This document shows, in pieces, positions 37,625 to 51,020 of a stretch of DNA of 64,000 nt (the stretch's first letter is position 1; the number at the start of each line of letters is the position of its first letter). A program made the translations under genes and the position numbers. The notes beneath the pieces are model-generated. The model had not been told where the DNA came from. It saw only the letters and a list, made by a program, of their open reading frames with translations, and ran no database searches. The stretch is from Squalus acanthias. Taxonomy: Eukaryota. The DNA lies in the NCBI GenBank assembly GCA_030390025.1, contig CM059427.1, positions 132,370,001-132,434,000 of the forward strand. Reading direction: 5' to 3'.

Positions 37625-38330
37625 ACATAAGAACATAAGAATTATGAGCAGGAGTAGGCCATACGGCCCTTTGAGCCTGCCAACTTTCTCTGTTTCCTGT
37701 ACGAGGATACCTAAATCTCTCTGAACACCAACATTTAATAGTTTATCACCATTTAAAAAATATTCTGTTTTTCTATTCTTCCTACCAAAGTGAATAACCT
37801 CACATTTCCCCACATTATACTCCATCTGCCACCTTTTTGCCCTCTCACTTAACCTGTCTATATCCCTTTGCAGGCTCTTTCCCACCTAGCTTTGTATCAT
37901 CAGCAAACTTGGATACATTGCACTCGGTTCCTTCATCTAAGTCAATAATATAGATTGTAAATTGCTGAGGCCCAAGCACTGATCCCTGCGGCATCCCACT
38001 AGTTACAGCCTGCCAACCGGAAAATGACCTGTTTATCCCTACTCTCATCCAATATCTCTGCAGCCACCTCTTTTAGACCATCGGGTCCAGGGGATTTGTT
38101 GGCTTTTAGTCCCATTAATTTCTCAAGTACTTTTTCTCTACTGATATTAATTACTTTAAGTTCCACACTCTTATTATTCCCCTTGGATCCCCACTATTTT
38201 TGGTATGCTTTTTGTATCTTCTACTGTGAAGACAGCTACAAATATTTGTTTAAAGCCTCTGACATTTCCTTATTCCCCATTATAATTTCACCTGTCTCCG
38301 CCTCTATGGGACCAATGCTTATAATTGCTA
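37625..38330 (-). mobile_element. Multiply deleted CR1 fragment inserted into a G-rich repeat
   Basis: ORFs with [14 protein letters not shown] and WQMEYNVGKC; CATAAGAA tail. Confidence 0.82.
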
Positions 38331-38333
38331 AAA

Positions 38334-39371
38334 AGGGTAGTGGTGGCTGGGTTCAGGATCAGGGAGGGTAGTGGTGGCTGGGTTCAGGATCAGGGAGGGT
38401 AGTGGTGGCCAGGTTCAGGATCAGGGAGGGTAGTGGTGGCTGGGTTCAGGATCAGGGAGGGTAGTGGTGGCTGGGTTCAGGATCAGGGAGGGTAGTGGTG
38501 GCTGGGTTCAGGATCAGGGAGGGTAGTGGTGGCTGGGTTCAGGATCAGGGAGGGTAGTGGTGGCTGGGTTCAGGATCAGGGAGGGTAGTGGTGGCCAGGT
38601 TCAGGATCAGGGAGGGTAGTGGTGGCTGGGTTCAGGATCAGGGAGGGTAGTGGTGGCTGGGTTCAGGATCAGGGAGGGTAGTGGTGGCTGGGTTCAGGAT
38701 CAGGGAGGGTAGTGGTGGCTGGGTTCAGGATCAGGGAGGGTAGTGGTGGCTGGGTTCAGGATCAGGGAGGGTAGTGGTGGCCAGGTTCAGGATCAGGGAG
38801 GGTAGTGGTGGCTGGGTTCAGGATCAGGGAGGGTAGTGGTGGCCAGGTTCAGGATCAGGGAGGGTAGTGGTGGCCAGGTTCAGGATCAGGGAGGGTAGTG
38901 GTGGCCAGGTTCAGGATCAGGGAGGGTAGTGGTGGCTGGGTTCAGGATCAGGGAGGGTAGTGGTGGCCAGGTTCAGGATCAGGGAGGGTAGTGGTGGCTG
39001 GGTTCAGGATCAGGGAGGGTAGTGGTGGCTGGGTTCAGGATCAGGGAGGGTAGTGGTGGCTGGGTTCAGGATCAGGGAGGGTAGTGGTGGCTGGGTTCAG
39101 GATCAGGGAGGGTAGTGGTGGCCAGGTTCAGGATCAGGGAGGGTAGTGGTGGCTGGGTTCAGGATCAGGGAGGGTAGTGGTGGCCAGGTTCAGGATCAGG
39201 GAGGGTAGTGGTGGCCAGGTTCAGGATCAGGGAGGGTAGTGGTGGCCAGGTTCAGGATCAGGGAGGGTAGTGGTGGCTGGGTTCAGGATCAGGGAGGGTA
39301 GTGGTGGCCAGGTTCAGGATCAGGGAGGGTAGTGGTGGCTGGGTTCAGGATCAGGGAGGGTAGTGGTGGCT
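38334..39371 (+). repeat. 31-bp G-rich minisatellite, 33 full units
   Basis: Unit TGGTGG(CTGG|CCAG)GTTCAGGATCAGGGAGGGTAG with exact period 31 from 38341 to 39364. Degenerate units also at 37410-37620. Confidence 0.97.
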
Positions 39372-41881
39372 ATGATTGGGGAGGGTGGTGGTGGTGATTT
39401 TGGGGGGGGGGGCTTGGGAGTGAGCGGTGACCAGCAGCGGCCCGTGGTTTTAATGTGGGATCGGGAGGAGCACTTCTGCACTCGCCCGGCTCCAAATTCT
39501 CATATGCATTTTTAACAAACTTGCCTTTTAGGTGGCAGCCTGCAGCGACCCCTTTAAGGGCCTGTTAGGCCGCATGTGCTGGCTGCTTCATGATGAACCA
39601 ATATTGCAGAGGGACCCTCAAACCAGCTTTAGGCCCCTTAATTTGCATATGCGAAGGGCCTGTTTCAGACACGGACTCTGGATTTTTGCCTATACCAACA
39701 TGGCGGGCGATGCACTTCCGCCTCGTAATGAGCATGGGATTCCTGCCCGCTACATCGGAACTTTAAGCACCCGTTTCACACCTGAAAAACGGGCATTGCG
39801 CCATTGAATTTCTTGGCCATAATGTCTGCACATCTTGATGAATTCTACGCTTACCATAGTCTAAGGTACATTCAGAGAATTAATAATTATCCAATTTTAC
39901 CTCACAACAACACATTGTCTCATCCACACAAAGGACGGGGGGGGGGGGGGGGGGGGGTCATTTTGACTGTGTACAATAGTGTAAAATGGGTGATAGTGAA
40001 TTGGCAGCCCGTTCTACATCTCTCCAGATTATTTATTTCCATTGACTTCAGTAGTTCAAAAAAATCATCATAATTAAAAAGCTGACATTTAAGAAAATTG
40101 AAATTAAATTGAGGGCAAATCTCTTCTGACTTCAGCTGGAATCTTTTGAAGAAGCCATAACTGGCATTTTCAAGAATATATTACTTCTAAACAGAAATAC
40201 CTTTGGCTTTGATTATCTGGGATTATGGATGGTCAGAGAGCTAAACCACACTGATTAAAGTGGAAAATCCCACATTAAAATAAGGAAATAAAACCATAAG
40301 GACTGCACTTGACAAGATGCTAAAAATTGGCTTTTAGTGCAACATTGGAGGCAATTATAAATGTTTAGGAGCAACCCTGCAATGCATAGATTGATTAATA
40401 TATCATTAAACATCATAAAACTTTTTTAAATGGTTCTAGATTCCATACAGTAGGCCACATAGAGACTGTAAATCATTAATCCTCAGCGAGTGACAAGAAA
40501 GGGTTTGGAAATTCCTTATTAGGTGCAGAGTGTAAATGCTATATTTGAACAGGTCCTTCCAACAAGAGAGATGTATACTGTATATGAACTTATTAAGAGG
40601 ACCTTTAACACAGTAAGGGTTTTAGCGTGGCTATTGTATTCATTCAAGCATAAGGAGGAACAGTTCTAGTATTTCATCTGTTTGAAAATACATGAAAAAT
40701 CCCAGTCATGGGTTTAATAAATACTCCTCAAACCCTCAAGAAGAATATATTAGTTGGGAGCCGCAGGGGAAAAAAATAATAGTGTGAGGGCCTGTGTCTG
40801 CAATACCATCCATTTTTAAATTAAATAACCTGTTTGAAGAAATAGTTGCACTGCTGACCGATATTTACCATGTCATTTTGTTCATTTTACTAACAGATCG
40901 ATGAGAGTCATGCTACAAAGGGCCATGTTTGTAATATGCTTTACTGATTGAAAACATTCTAAGAGAGCTAACCCTGTTTTAAAGGATACATAGAAGATGT
41001 TCTGAGGAGTAGATCTTGGCAGTAAATGTGTTTTATTAACATGAGATGAAACTTGGATGTTACATTGATACTTTCTAAATGTAGGAACAAGTGCATCCAG
41101 AGATTGGTATAAAAGGCAATCATTCAAATTTTATTTTGCTTCTTTGCTCAAGGTTCCACCTTTGCCCTCAGGATGGGAGAGGGGCAAAAGGAAATTTCAT
41201 ATTCCATGTTGCATGCATTTTTAATCAACATGAGAATAAAGATGATCCAATTCATTTTTTTTTTCAGTGTATCCCTTCCCTTCCTCTTTTTTTTTTCCTG
41301 TGCTGTTTGTCATCCATGGTTGAGAGGGCGAGAGGGGAAATGTACTCCCAGGCATATGGCATTGCATCTCTGAAAGGGACCACTACAAAATTCAGGTTGT
41401 TGTTGTTGTTGTTGCACTGTGGCCTGGGTTGAGTCGCCCTCCAATTTCTTCCCTGGACAGAAGTGCTTAGCTGTCCATTTGATGATTGATCACAGGAACA
41501 TGACTGAGTTTGGGAACATGGTGTGTAGAACATCATGTGCACGGGTCATTCAGTGGCATTATGCTACTATCTAGTAAACGTTTAACATTTATTTATTTAA
41601 AAAAAAATTGTTCTCGGGATGTGGGTGATATTGGCAAGGCCGCATTTACTTCCCATGGTAGTTGCCCTGAGAAGGTGGTGGTGTGCCTTCAGTTTGAACG
41701 ACTGAAGTCTTTGTGGCAATGGTGCTCCCATGGTAGTGTCCATTCAAAAATAATTACCATCGAATTATGTCTTCAATACAAGTAGGCAAAGAATACTTTC
41801 TGATTTAGTAAACCGTTGCAGTTAGGTAGACTGTATTCAGTACTGTGTTAAGAATCTAGTCTTAACAAGTGGCAACACATT

Positions 41882-42210
41882 GGCCTGGATTTTAACCGCC
41901 AGCAGATTTCCAGTGAGATCACGGCAGAGGAGGCCTAAGCTTTCTTTGTGGGAGCCAGCGGCGACTCTTGCCCCACAAAGAAAGTAAAAACAATCTTTAA
42001 AACTTACCTTTTTGGCCCTGTCCTGGCCTCGATCCTCTTTGCCGCTGGGTTGGCCTGGCAGTAAACTCACTGCCACTTTCCGCTCAGATCACCTGGTAAA
42101 AATTACAGCCGGGTCCCGATGAACCTGCCAGATCTCAGCAGCTTCAGAGTGGGTACGGAACTTGGACGATTTTAACTGTTCACCTGCCCGGGCAGGGTTA
42201 TGATCGCCCC
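41882..42210. mobile_element. Harbinger-type MITE (329 bp)
   Basis: Degenerate TIRs GGCCTGGATTTTAACC / GGTTATGATCGCCCC; TSD ATT on both sides. Confidence 0.6.
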
Positions 42211-42664
42211 ATTGTCAGCATTCTCTTCAGCCTGCTGCTGCTCCTCTTGCTGATCCCCTTACTGCCTGTTGGGGCCTTTCTCCTCTGTGTACGCTATGAT
42301 TAAGCCACTTTGTAAGGCAAAGTTGTGCAGGATACAGTGCACAAACACAATCCTTGAGCTCCTAGCTGGACTATATTGCTGGACATCCCCGATCGATCCA
42401 GTCACCTGAAGCTTACCTGCACCATGCCAATGGTGTGTTCAGTTGTTACTCTGATACACAAATGGATTTCATTGTACCTAACTTGTATCCTGGGAAAATG
42501 CAAAGGTATCATGAGTCATGACTGTAGCTTTCTGGATCAAAGAGTGCTGGCACAGTGGGCCATGAAGGCATCATGGCAACTCTTAGCAAGCATTCACTTG
42601 CATCATGCAGTACATCAGGTTGCAAATGAGCTGCACATTGTGAATGTAAAATCCTTTCCTATTA

Positions 42665-43955
42665 CGAACATACAAAATTGATGGGCAGGAAAAGACCATC
42701 TGGTCCGTCAAGCCTGCCTCACACCATGATGACTGGAGCATCAGGACTAAACACTACCCACCCCCACCCATGTAATCTCCTGGGAGAGGCAAAAATAAAC
42801 AGAAAACCCCCCCAGAGTTAATAAGGAAAAAAATTCTCTGGAAAATTCTCCTCTGACCCCCTCAGGCAATGGGAACCAGTTCAGGAGATCAGATGGACCA
42901 AGTGTTGTCTATAAAGACACTTTCCTTCTATATGATGCAATCTCTGTCCCAGTCAAGAACAGATCCAGCTCCCTCTTTTTCAGAAGCCATGTTGTGAATT
43001 TCTAGCGGCCCCTTCCCTTTCCCAGTGATCATAAAAGGCATCTCTTACAATCCCTTCTAGCATCTTCCCAATAATGGATGTCAGACTGATATGCCTGAAG
43101 TTTTCTAGCTCTGATTTGTCCACTTTTTTGAAAATAGGAACTACGTGAGCTAGCTTCCAGAGAAGGGAACTATCCCTGACTCTATTGAACTATTGAAGAT
43201 ATGGGCAAGGGGCTCACAGAGCACCTATCCCATCTCTTTAATCACCATTAGATGGATATTATCTGAACCCAGAGCCCTACCAATTTTGAGCTTTCCTAAT
43301 CTAGCCAAGATGACATTACTATCTATTTTAATATTAATAATGCTATTCAATACAGAGCACCCCTCCATCTGGAGCACAAGCATTCTCTGCAGGAGTATAG
43401 ACTGATGCAAAATAGTCATTTAGCAGCTCTGCCATAACCTGAGAATCAGTTTAAATCTGCTGTCCAGTGTCCTTTAGTGGCCCTATACGGTCCTTAATGG
43501 TCTTCCAACTTCTGACATAGCTGAAAAAGCTTTTGCTATTACTGCCACAATTATGCACCATCTTCTTTTCCAGAGATCTCTTAGCTATCCTTATGGCTGT
43601 TTTTGTCGTCTCCTTTTCCCTGTTCTCCTGTGAGTTAAATGCCTTAAATGTGTAGAATGCCTTCTGTTTCAATTTGATTCGCCTCTGCACATTCCTTGTC
43701 AACCATAATGGTTTTGTTTTGCCATGTGCCCTTCTTTTAACCATTGGGACATACATGGCTTCATTCTGTTTGAGAATGGTTTTAAATAGCACCGTATGTC
43801 CACTGTACTCAATTGCCTATCTAGTAGGGTTGCCCAGTCCACTTTTTCCAGATCTTCAGTCATTTTTGTAAAGCTAGCGCACTTAAAATCTGGGACCAGA
43901 ATTAGATTGGCAAATAAATTAAACCTAATTATATTATTATTGATGACCGCAGTGA
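42665..43955 (-). mobile_element. Older CR1-clade LINE fragment with deletions
   Basis: ORFs with KPLWL, KSFFSYVR..RIGPL and ALGSDNIH; 3' hairpin AGACCATCTGGTCC. Confidence 0.65.
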
Positions 43956-44267
43956 GCAAGGGAGCATTTATTGCCACATGAGTGTAATTCATGTCTCCTT
44001 GAATCTTTGGGCTCCTGCCATTCTGTAAAATTGCAGTGCCTGGTCATGCTGCTGTTGTCTAAGGAGAAGGAGATGAAATGTAGCAAACAATATATTCTTG
44101 ACTTGCTTAATGCATCTGTACACAGTTGATTGGCATAATCTCTCCAGTGACAGCCTGGAATGACTCTGTAGCACAAAAGCTAAGGAGAGCTGTGACCTTA
44201 ATGACCATTGGAGGTGCAGTGCCTGTCCTGGAGATGATCTGTAGAGGTTGCAGCTTGTGGCATAATT

Positions 44268-45171
44268 CATAGAAACATAGAAACATAGAAGATAGGAGCA
44301 GGAGTAGGCCATTCGGCCCCTCGAGCCTGCTCCGCCATTTAATGAGATCATGGCTGATCATCCAAATTCAGTACCCTGTCCCTGCTTTCTCCCCATATCC
44401 CTTAGTCCCTTTAGCCTTAAGAAATATATCTAACTCCTTCTTGAATATATTTAATGAATTGGCCTCAACTGCCTTCTGTGGTAGAGAATTCCACAGGTTC
44501 ACCACTCTCTGGGTGAAGAAATTCCTCCTCATCTCAGTCCTAAATGGCTTACCCCTTATCCTTAGACTGTGACCTCTGGTTCTGGACTCCCCCGCCATCG
44601 GGAACATCCTTCCTGCATCTAGTCTGTCTAGTCCTGTTAGAATTTTATAAGTTTCAATGAGATCCCCTCTCATTCTTCTAAACGCTAGCGAATATAAGCC
44701 TAATCGACCCAATCTCTCTTCATACGTCATTCCTGCCATCCCAGGTATCAGTCTGGTGAATCTTCGCTGCACTCCCTCCATGGCAAGAACATCCTTCTTC
44801 AGATAAGGCGACCAAAACTGCACACAATACTCAAGGTGTGGTCTCACCAAAGCCCTGTACAACTGCAGCAAGACATCCTTGCTCCTGTACTCGAATCCTC
44901 TCGCTATGAAGGCCAACATACTATTTGCCTTCTTAACCGCCTGCTGCACCTGCATACTTACCTTCAGCGACTGGTGCACAAGGACACCCAGGTCTCGTTG
45001 CACTTCCCCTTTTCCTAATCTATTGCCGTTCAGATAATAATCTGTCTTCCTGTTTTTGCCACCAAAGTGGATAACGTCGCATTTATCCACATTATACTGC
45101 ATCTGCCATGCATCTTCCCAATCACCCAACCTGTCCAAATCATACTGGAGTTTCTCTGCATCCTCCTCACT
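44268..45171 (-). mobile_element. Young 5'-truncated CR1 LINE
   Basis: 269-aa open ORF 44368-45177 running to the ORF2 C-terminus; CATAGAAA tail repeats. Confidence 0.92.
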
Positions 45172-46354
45172 GCACACAGTGATGACGTCCTTGGTAAAGC
45201 AAAGCCTTTGCAGACAGTGCTCTTAAGACAGTTGGGGGGATAGGAGTGCCTTGGCTTTCATATTCTGGTGTGGAGATACTGGTGGGTAGGTTCCGTTTGC
45301 CTCCAGTGTTGTCTGACCAGCCTGGTATCCCTCCTTTGCTCCTCCTCCTCTTCCAAAAAGCAAAAGTACTGGCGTATTTCTAAAGGGATTCCCATTGCCC
45401 CCTGTATGAAATGGTAGGCAAATAAGGATAGCCTCAAATCAAATGACACAAATACAGATGTTAAACTGTTGGCAACAGAAAAACCCACAAAAAAAATCCC
45501 TCCCGAAAACAAGTAACAAATAGGTTTTAAGAAATGATGTAATTTCCACCTAATTTGCATGGACTGCCCAAAAATGGACAGGTGCTTCCTGTGCCTGCTG
45601 GAAGTGGCAATAAATAATGGGGTGGGCAACGATCCAGCGTACCAGAACTCCGGCCAATTTACCAATTGGGTCTCCATAACGTGTATCAACCCAATTGTAA
45701 AATCTAGGGTACCAGGCTTAATAAGATGACACAGGGGATATGTTTTGATTGGGATTGTCCAATTTAAGAGTGTGAATTAGGCAATCCTATTGGGAATAGT
45801 TACACTGGATCTCCATCCACTCTGTGTCATATACAACCTCCAGGAAATGCCGGCATAAAAAGCGCTTGTATGAAGTTCATGGAAAGGGTACAGTAATATC
45901 CAGGCAAAGGAAACTCAGACTTTTGTTAGCTGTTTGTTCCCACATTTTTTTCCAAATGCACTCGAAAACATATATGTGCCAATTGTTCATTAGTTTTAAC
46001 ATGCCCTAGCACCATTACTGGGTTTCCCAATTGGAATTCTCCATCCAGTGTGTTTGGAATTCTCCATCCAGTGTGTTTGGAATGCAACTCAGGTTGCATG
46101 AGAAGTGCACTGTGCCTATCCGCACACCCACACCTGAAGACAAAGGTGAGCATATATCTCACTTTGGTAGACAATTAGTGTATGTGGAGTCTCCTATTAT
46201 TAAAGGAAGCTGGGACAGCAGACTAGGTGGCACCAGTAAGGTATACAGATGCCTAATTAAACATAATGCTGGATGCTTCTTGACAAGCATTCCAATCACA
46301 ATGTGTCATAGTTTCAGTGGTACCGTATGAAAGAAGGCATAGCAGGGTGATCAA

Positions 46355-46655
46355 CAATAACAACAACATCTTGCATTTATATAGTGCCTTTAACATAGTA
46401 AAATGTTCCATGGCACTTCACAGGAGCGTTATCAGACAAAATTTGATAATGAGCCACATAACCTAAAGAGATATTGGGACATGCTGGTCAAAGAGGTAGG
46501 CTTTAAGGAGCGACTTAAAGGAGGAGAGAGAGGTAGGGAGACGGAGAGGTTTAGGGAGGGAATTCCAGAGCTTGGGGCATAGACAGGTGAAGGCACAGCT
46601 GCCAATGGCGGAGTGAAGGAAATCGGGATGTGCAAGAAGCCAGAATTAGAGGAGC
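46355..46655 (-). mobile_element. L2-type LINE 3' fragment
   Basis: CAA tail followed by TTGCATTTATATAGTGCCTTT; homologous to the 19710 region. Confidence 0.6.
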
Positions 46656-48880
46656 GTACGCTGATTGGCTACACCTGCCAAAATGCCACCCTCCATATCT
46701 GCAGGCCCTGGCACTCCTACCTGGCAGTGATCATGGAAGACTGTCTTCACAAGGACCGGGTTGTTATTTATATTTGCAGCTACCATGCAGCATAGGGTTG
46801 ACATATTCAGGGACAGTAACAGTCAGTTGTGACCTGAAACTTGTCTCCACTTTCTTGTAGGCATGCTGCAAAGCTTATTTTTAGATAATGGTGCCTTAGA
46901 GAGGCACAGGGGGTAACCGTCCTTGCAATGACCTCCGGCAGCACCACCAGCAGCCATCAAACAGGGTGTTGGGCTGCTTCAACATCTACCTGCAAACTTA
47001 TGTCTGCACCTTGGGTTTCCATTCCCTTCATTTTTGTTAGTCAGTTCTTAGTCCCCTCCTTGTTCAGCCTTGGCCAAGGCTGCTACTGAGTTCAGTTGCC
47101 TTTTGAGCCTATCCAGAGGCTTTCAGAATGTTTGTCACCCTGTTGTTTCCTTTTTAATTGTCCCCACACCTTTACGTTTCACTTACATACAGTTTTCCAC
47201 TTGGCCACAAGTGAGCGCCCTGCAAATGTCCAAATCTGATCATGGTGCCATGTATAATTATGATAATGATTTGGCTTCGGAAAATTAGGTGCAAATGATG
47301 CACTTCCATTCAACTCAGTGCAAAGGATGGGGGTGAATTTCCGGAGGGGGGTTTCTCCCGCACGTCCGCCATAACTTCGGTGGAAGAGCCGCAGAAACCC
47401 CAGAAAAATAGCGTAAATGCTGCTTTTTTAAGGGTTTCCGAGGCTCTTCCGCCGAAGAATTGGCAGAAATCCTGCAGAAATTGAGCCTCCTGGTTTCTAA
47501 CCATTTGGGTGGAAACTGCAGCCATATTGGATGATCAAGTCTTACTAAACCGTATCAAAGCATTGCAAGGAACATGTGTGATTATTGGCAGCTTACCATG
47601 CAGCATGAACACTTTGAAATCGTATTTATTATTTCGGCATTGTGGGCATTGCAGCTTGCGCTTTAATCAAAAGAGCAACTTCAATTCTAGGCAGCATATT
47701 TTACCCAGAGCCTTCTGGCAAGTAGTGGGCACAATGAAATGAAAAATCTAGTGCAATGCTTGTTGAAACTATTGTGTTATTGATGTTGCTACTCATTGAG
47801 ACACAGGCAAACCGGTTTAACTTGTAAATGAATTTAAAATTCTAACTTATTGGCTGGGCAGTTTTATTCTTTAAGACTATGTTTGCTCAACCTTTTATGT
47901 CAATAAATCATCACATCACTGAATATAGCATTGACATAACAGTGATTCATGGGTTTTCTGCCTCTATTATGTGAAAACAATGCCCCTTTAAAGATTATTT
48001 GAAGGGAATGGCAGTTCTTCACTGATGATGTTTTTGAACTAAAATTAAAACTTGCTTTTGTGGGGCGACATATTATTTAATATTAAATGTAGACAGAATT
48101 ACATGCTAGTTTTCTGGACAGAGTTATGCGGTAACTATTTGAATATATACATGGATCTGGTTGTAAAACATAATTAAACTATCCTGCTCATTTAAACAGA
48201 GGCAGGCCTAGGCTTTCTGCCTCTTCCTGCCGATTGAACTGTATCTCTGAGGGGACAGGACTTCTGGCCCTGGGGCCATTAGCATTCTGGAGGTAGACTC
48301 CCCAGCCTTTGTGAGGGAGCCTCAACAAAAAGAGGGCAGAGTTCCAAGAAGCAGGCCTCAGGCACCTGCTGTAGTATGGGATACAGGCCCCAGAGCCTGA
48401 AAAACCAGATTTTTTCCCCACAGAATTTAGCCTCCCTATCTTCAGCCTATGGGCATGCTCTGTGAGTACAGTGAAACCTGTATAAACGAACCCTCCCCGA
48501 AAGCAGGCGCCTGCAAAAAACAAACACTTATTGAGAGACCCAAATAACTTGCATTGTAAAATATGCAAATATACAAGAGGAACTCTGAAACCAGACACTC
48601 GCAAATTGCAAAATACGGGCAGCTTTCAATGCACCAAGCCCTTTTACAACTTAAAACACGGGACACAGCCTGTTGCAAAGCTGCTGCGGTATCTGGAACT
48701 TTCACTGAGTCGGGATCAATGGCTTTTCTCCTTGCCGCGTGCTTCCTTTCTGCCCCCAGATTTTCATGAATTCAGGGTATACCAGTCAGCGCAAGGCAGC
48801 AGCGGGTTTTGTGAAAGAAACGGCTTTTGTGGAATGGGGAACTCTTTGCCCAGTTTGCATAGCGGCAGGGAAAACACTCT

Positions 48881-49726
48881 GGGCTGGATTTTCTCAATGG
48901 AGATGAGTTGGAGGCGGGGCTGCTGCTTGTCGTCTCAATGTCCCGCCTCCATCCTCGTCTGATCAACCAGAGGGATTTTCCCCTGATTGACCTTGGTAAG
49001 CCCGCCCTACGGGTTCAGCAGGCCAATTAGGGAGGAAGTCACTGACAGAGCACGTCAACGTCAGACGTGCTATCTATCAAGACCTCTTGAAAGAAGAAAT
49101 ATCAGCGTTTGACAGCTCTGTGAAGCTGTCAAACACTGACATTCTCTGTAGTTTTATGAGTCCTTGTGTTCAGGACTCATGAAACCTTTCAACTTTATCG
49201 ATTTCAGATGGCTGTTGGTTTGGAGGATCCAACAGCCAGTCTGTGAAATCGACAATGAGGATGTCGGGTCTCCCGATCCAGAGAGGATGAAGGCTGTAGG
49301 AAGAAAACAAGGTAAGTGAACATTTTTTTACACTTATCACTCACCTTACATACTTACTACTCCACACTTGCACCCATCACTCACCTCTACATCTTACTTC
49401 CAGGTGCCTCCGACCCGCGCAGACCTCCTTCACATCTCCTCCAACCTGACGGGGTTCTCCGAGGTCAGGAAGCCTTCGCCTGTGAAGGTAAAATGGCACT
49501 AATCCTTTTTTCTGCCTGTTAACTACCTGTTAACAGGCAGTTAAAAGTAGTTAATGCCTTTCCCGCCTCCAGGAGACGGGACCCGAAGCAGCACATCTTC
49601 CCACCTCCTGGCAAAAGGGCACGGAGGCGGGATGGGGGCGGGTTTGCCATCCGCCCCCACTTTCTGCTGCTTTACCAGCAGTCCCGCCTCCATGCCTGCC
49701 TCCTCGGGCCTGGGAAAATCCAGCCC
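48881..49726. mobile_element. Harbinger-type MITE (846 bp) related to 11506-13176
   Basis: TIRs GGGCTGGATTTTC / GAAAATCCAGCCC; TSD TCT. Its right end matches the 11506 left end (CCAGGCCCGAGGAGGCAGG..TGGAGGCG). Confidence 0.85.
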
Positions 49727-50212
49727 TCTATCTCTGGGATTGAATGCTTGCACTGCTCTATCCCAGGGATAGAGTGGTTTCTTTGCTGCCATGGATGCTG
49801 GGTAAAGTATTCCTCATTCTACTAAAAAAATTTTAAGTACATACAGTGACCATTTTGAAAATAAGGACTCCTGCAAAAAAACAGCTGATACCAGTCCCTA
49901 AGGTGTCTGTAATTTACAGGTTTCACTCTTACCTGCACAGGCCCAGGCTGCCAGGAAAATGTTTCCTCTCCCTCCAGTCAGTCATTGAATACTAGATGCT
50001 TGGGCCAAACACGCTTTGTATCCAGTATTGAAACAGTGCAAATGGCAGAAAACATGGTGAAGAGTGTATTTCCCTCATTTGCATAATGTTTACATATGCC
50101 TGCCCTCATATTCTGCATCCGTGGGATCAACCACTGGAAAATGTTGGGGAGGTTTCAATTCCTCCTGAGGACTGTGTGTACATGTAGGGGTGTCAAGTGT
50201 AATGGTTTTGCA

Positions 50213-51020
50213 TTTGGGCTGATAAGTGGCAGGTAACATTCGCGCCACACAAGTGCCAGGTAATGACTATCTCCAACAAGCGAGCGTCTAACCACCACCC
50301 CTTGACATTCAATGGCATTACCATCACCGAATCCCCCACCATCAACATCCTGGGTGTCACCATTAACCAAAAACTTAACTGGACCAGCCACATAAATACT
50401 GTGGCAACAACAGCAGGTCAGAGGCTAGGTATTCTGCGGTGAGTGTCTCACCTCCTGACTCCCCAAAGCCTTTCCACCATCTACAAGGCACAAGTCAGGA
50501 GTGTGATGGAATACTCTCCACTTGCTTGGATGAGTGCAGTTCCAACAACACTCAAGAAGCTCGACACCATCCAAGCCAAAGCAGCCCGCTTGATTGGCAC
50601 CCTATCCACCACCTTAAACATTCACTCCCTCCACCACCGGCGTACCATGGCTGCAGTGTGTACCATCTACAAGATGCACTGCAGCAACTCGCCAAGGCTT
50701 CTTCAGCAGCACCTCCCAAACCCGCGACCTCTACCACCTAGAAGGACAAGGGCAGCAGGCACATGGGAACACCACCACATCCAAGTTCCCCTCCAAGTCA
50801 CATATCATCCTGACTCGGAAATATATCGCCGTTCCTTCATCGTCGCTGGGTCAAAATCCTGGAACTCCTTCCCTAACAGCACTGTGGGCGTACCTTCACC
50901 ACATGGACTGCAGCGGTTCAAGAAGGCAGCTCACCACCACCTTCTGAAGGGCAACTAGGGATGGACAATAAATGCTGGCCTTGCCAGTTACTCCCACATC
51001 CCATGAACGAATAAAAAAAA
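50213..51020 (+). mobile_element. 3' fragment of CR1/L2-group LINE
   Basis: ORF 50443-50958 YKAQVRSVMEYSPLAW; poly-A tail at 51010-51020. Confidence 0.9.

Larger units (their letters stand above)
42215..45400 (-). pseudogene. Old Harbinger transposase relic split by two CR1 insertions
   Basis: Pieces: MGIPLE..EEEEE (45396-45330), TAPPMVIKVTALLSFCATESFQ (44107-44265) and C.LHN (42320-42340). Confidence 0.62.

Noticed and set aside
38334-39371. CRISPR-like array
   Set aside because: Head-to-tail units with no unique spacers, in a eukaryotic context with no cas genes.
46031-46082. 23-bp tandem duplication TTGGAATTCTCCATCCAGTGTGT
   Set aside because: Ordinary local slippage with no further structure.
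47329-47470. Palindromic MITE-like end possibly pairing with 54700-54825 to bound a 7.5-kb element
   Set aside because: TIR similarity is too weak and there is no matching TSD; more likely two separate remnants.
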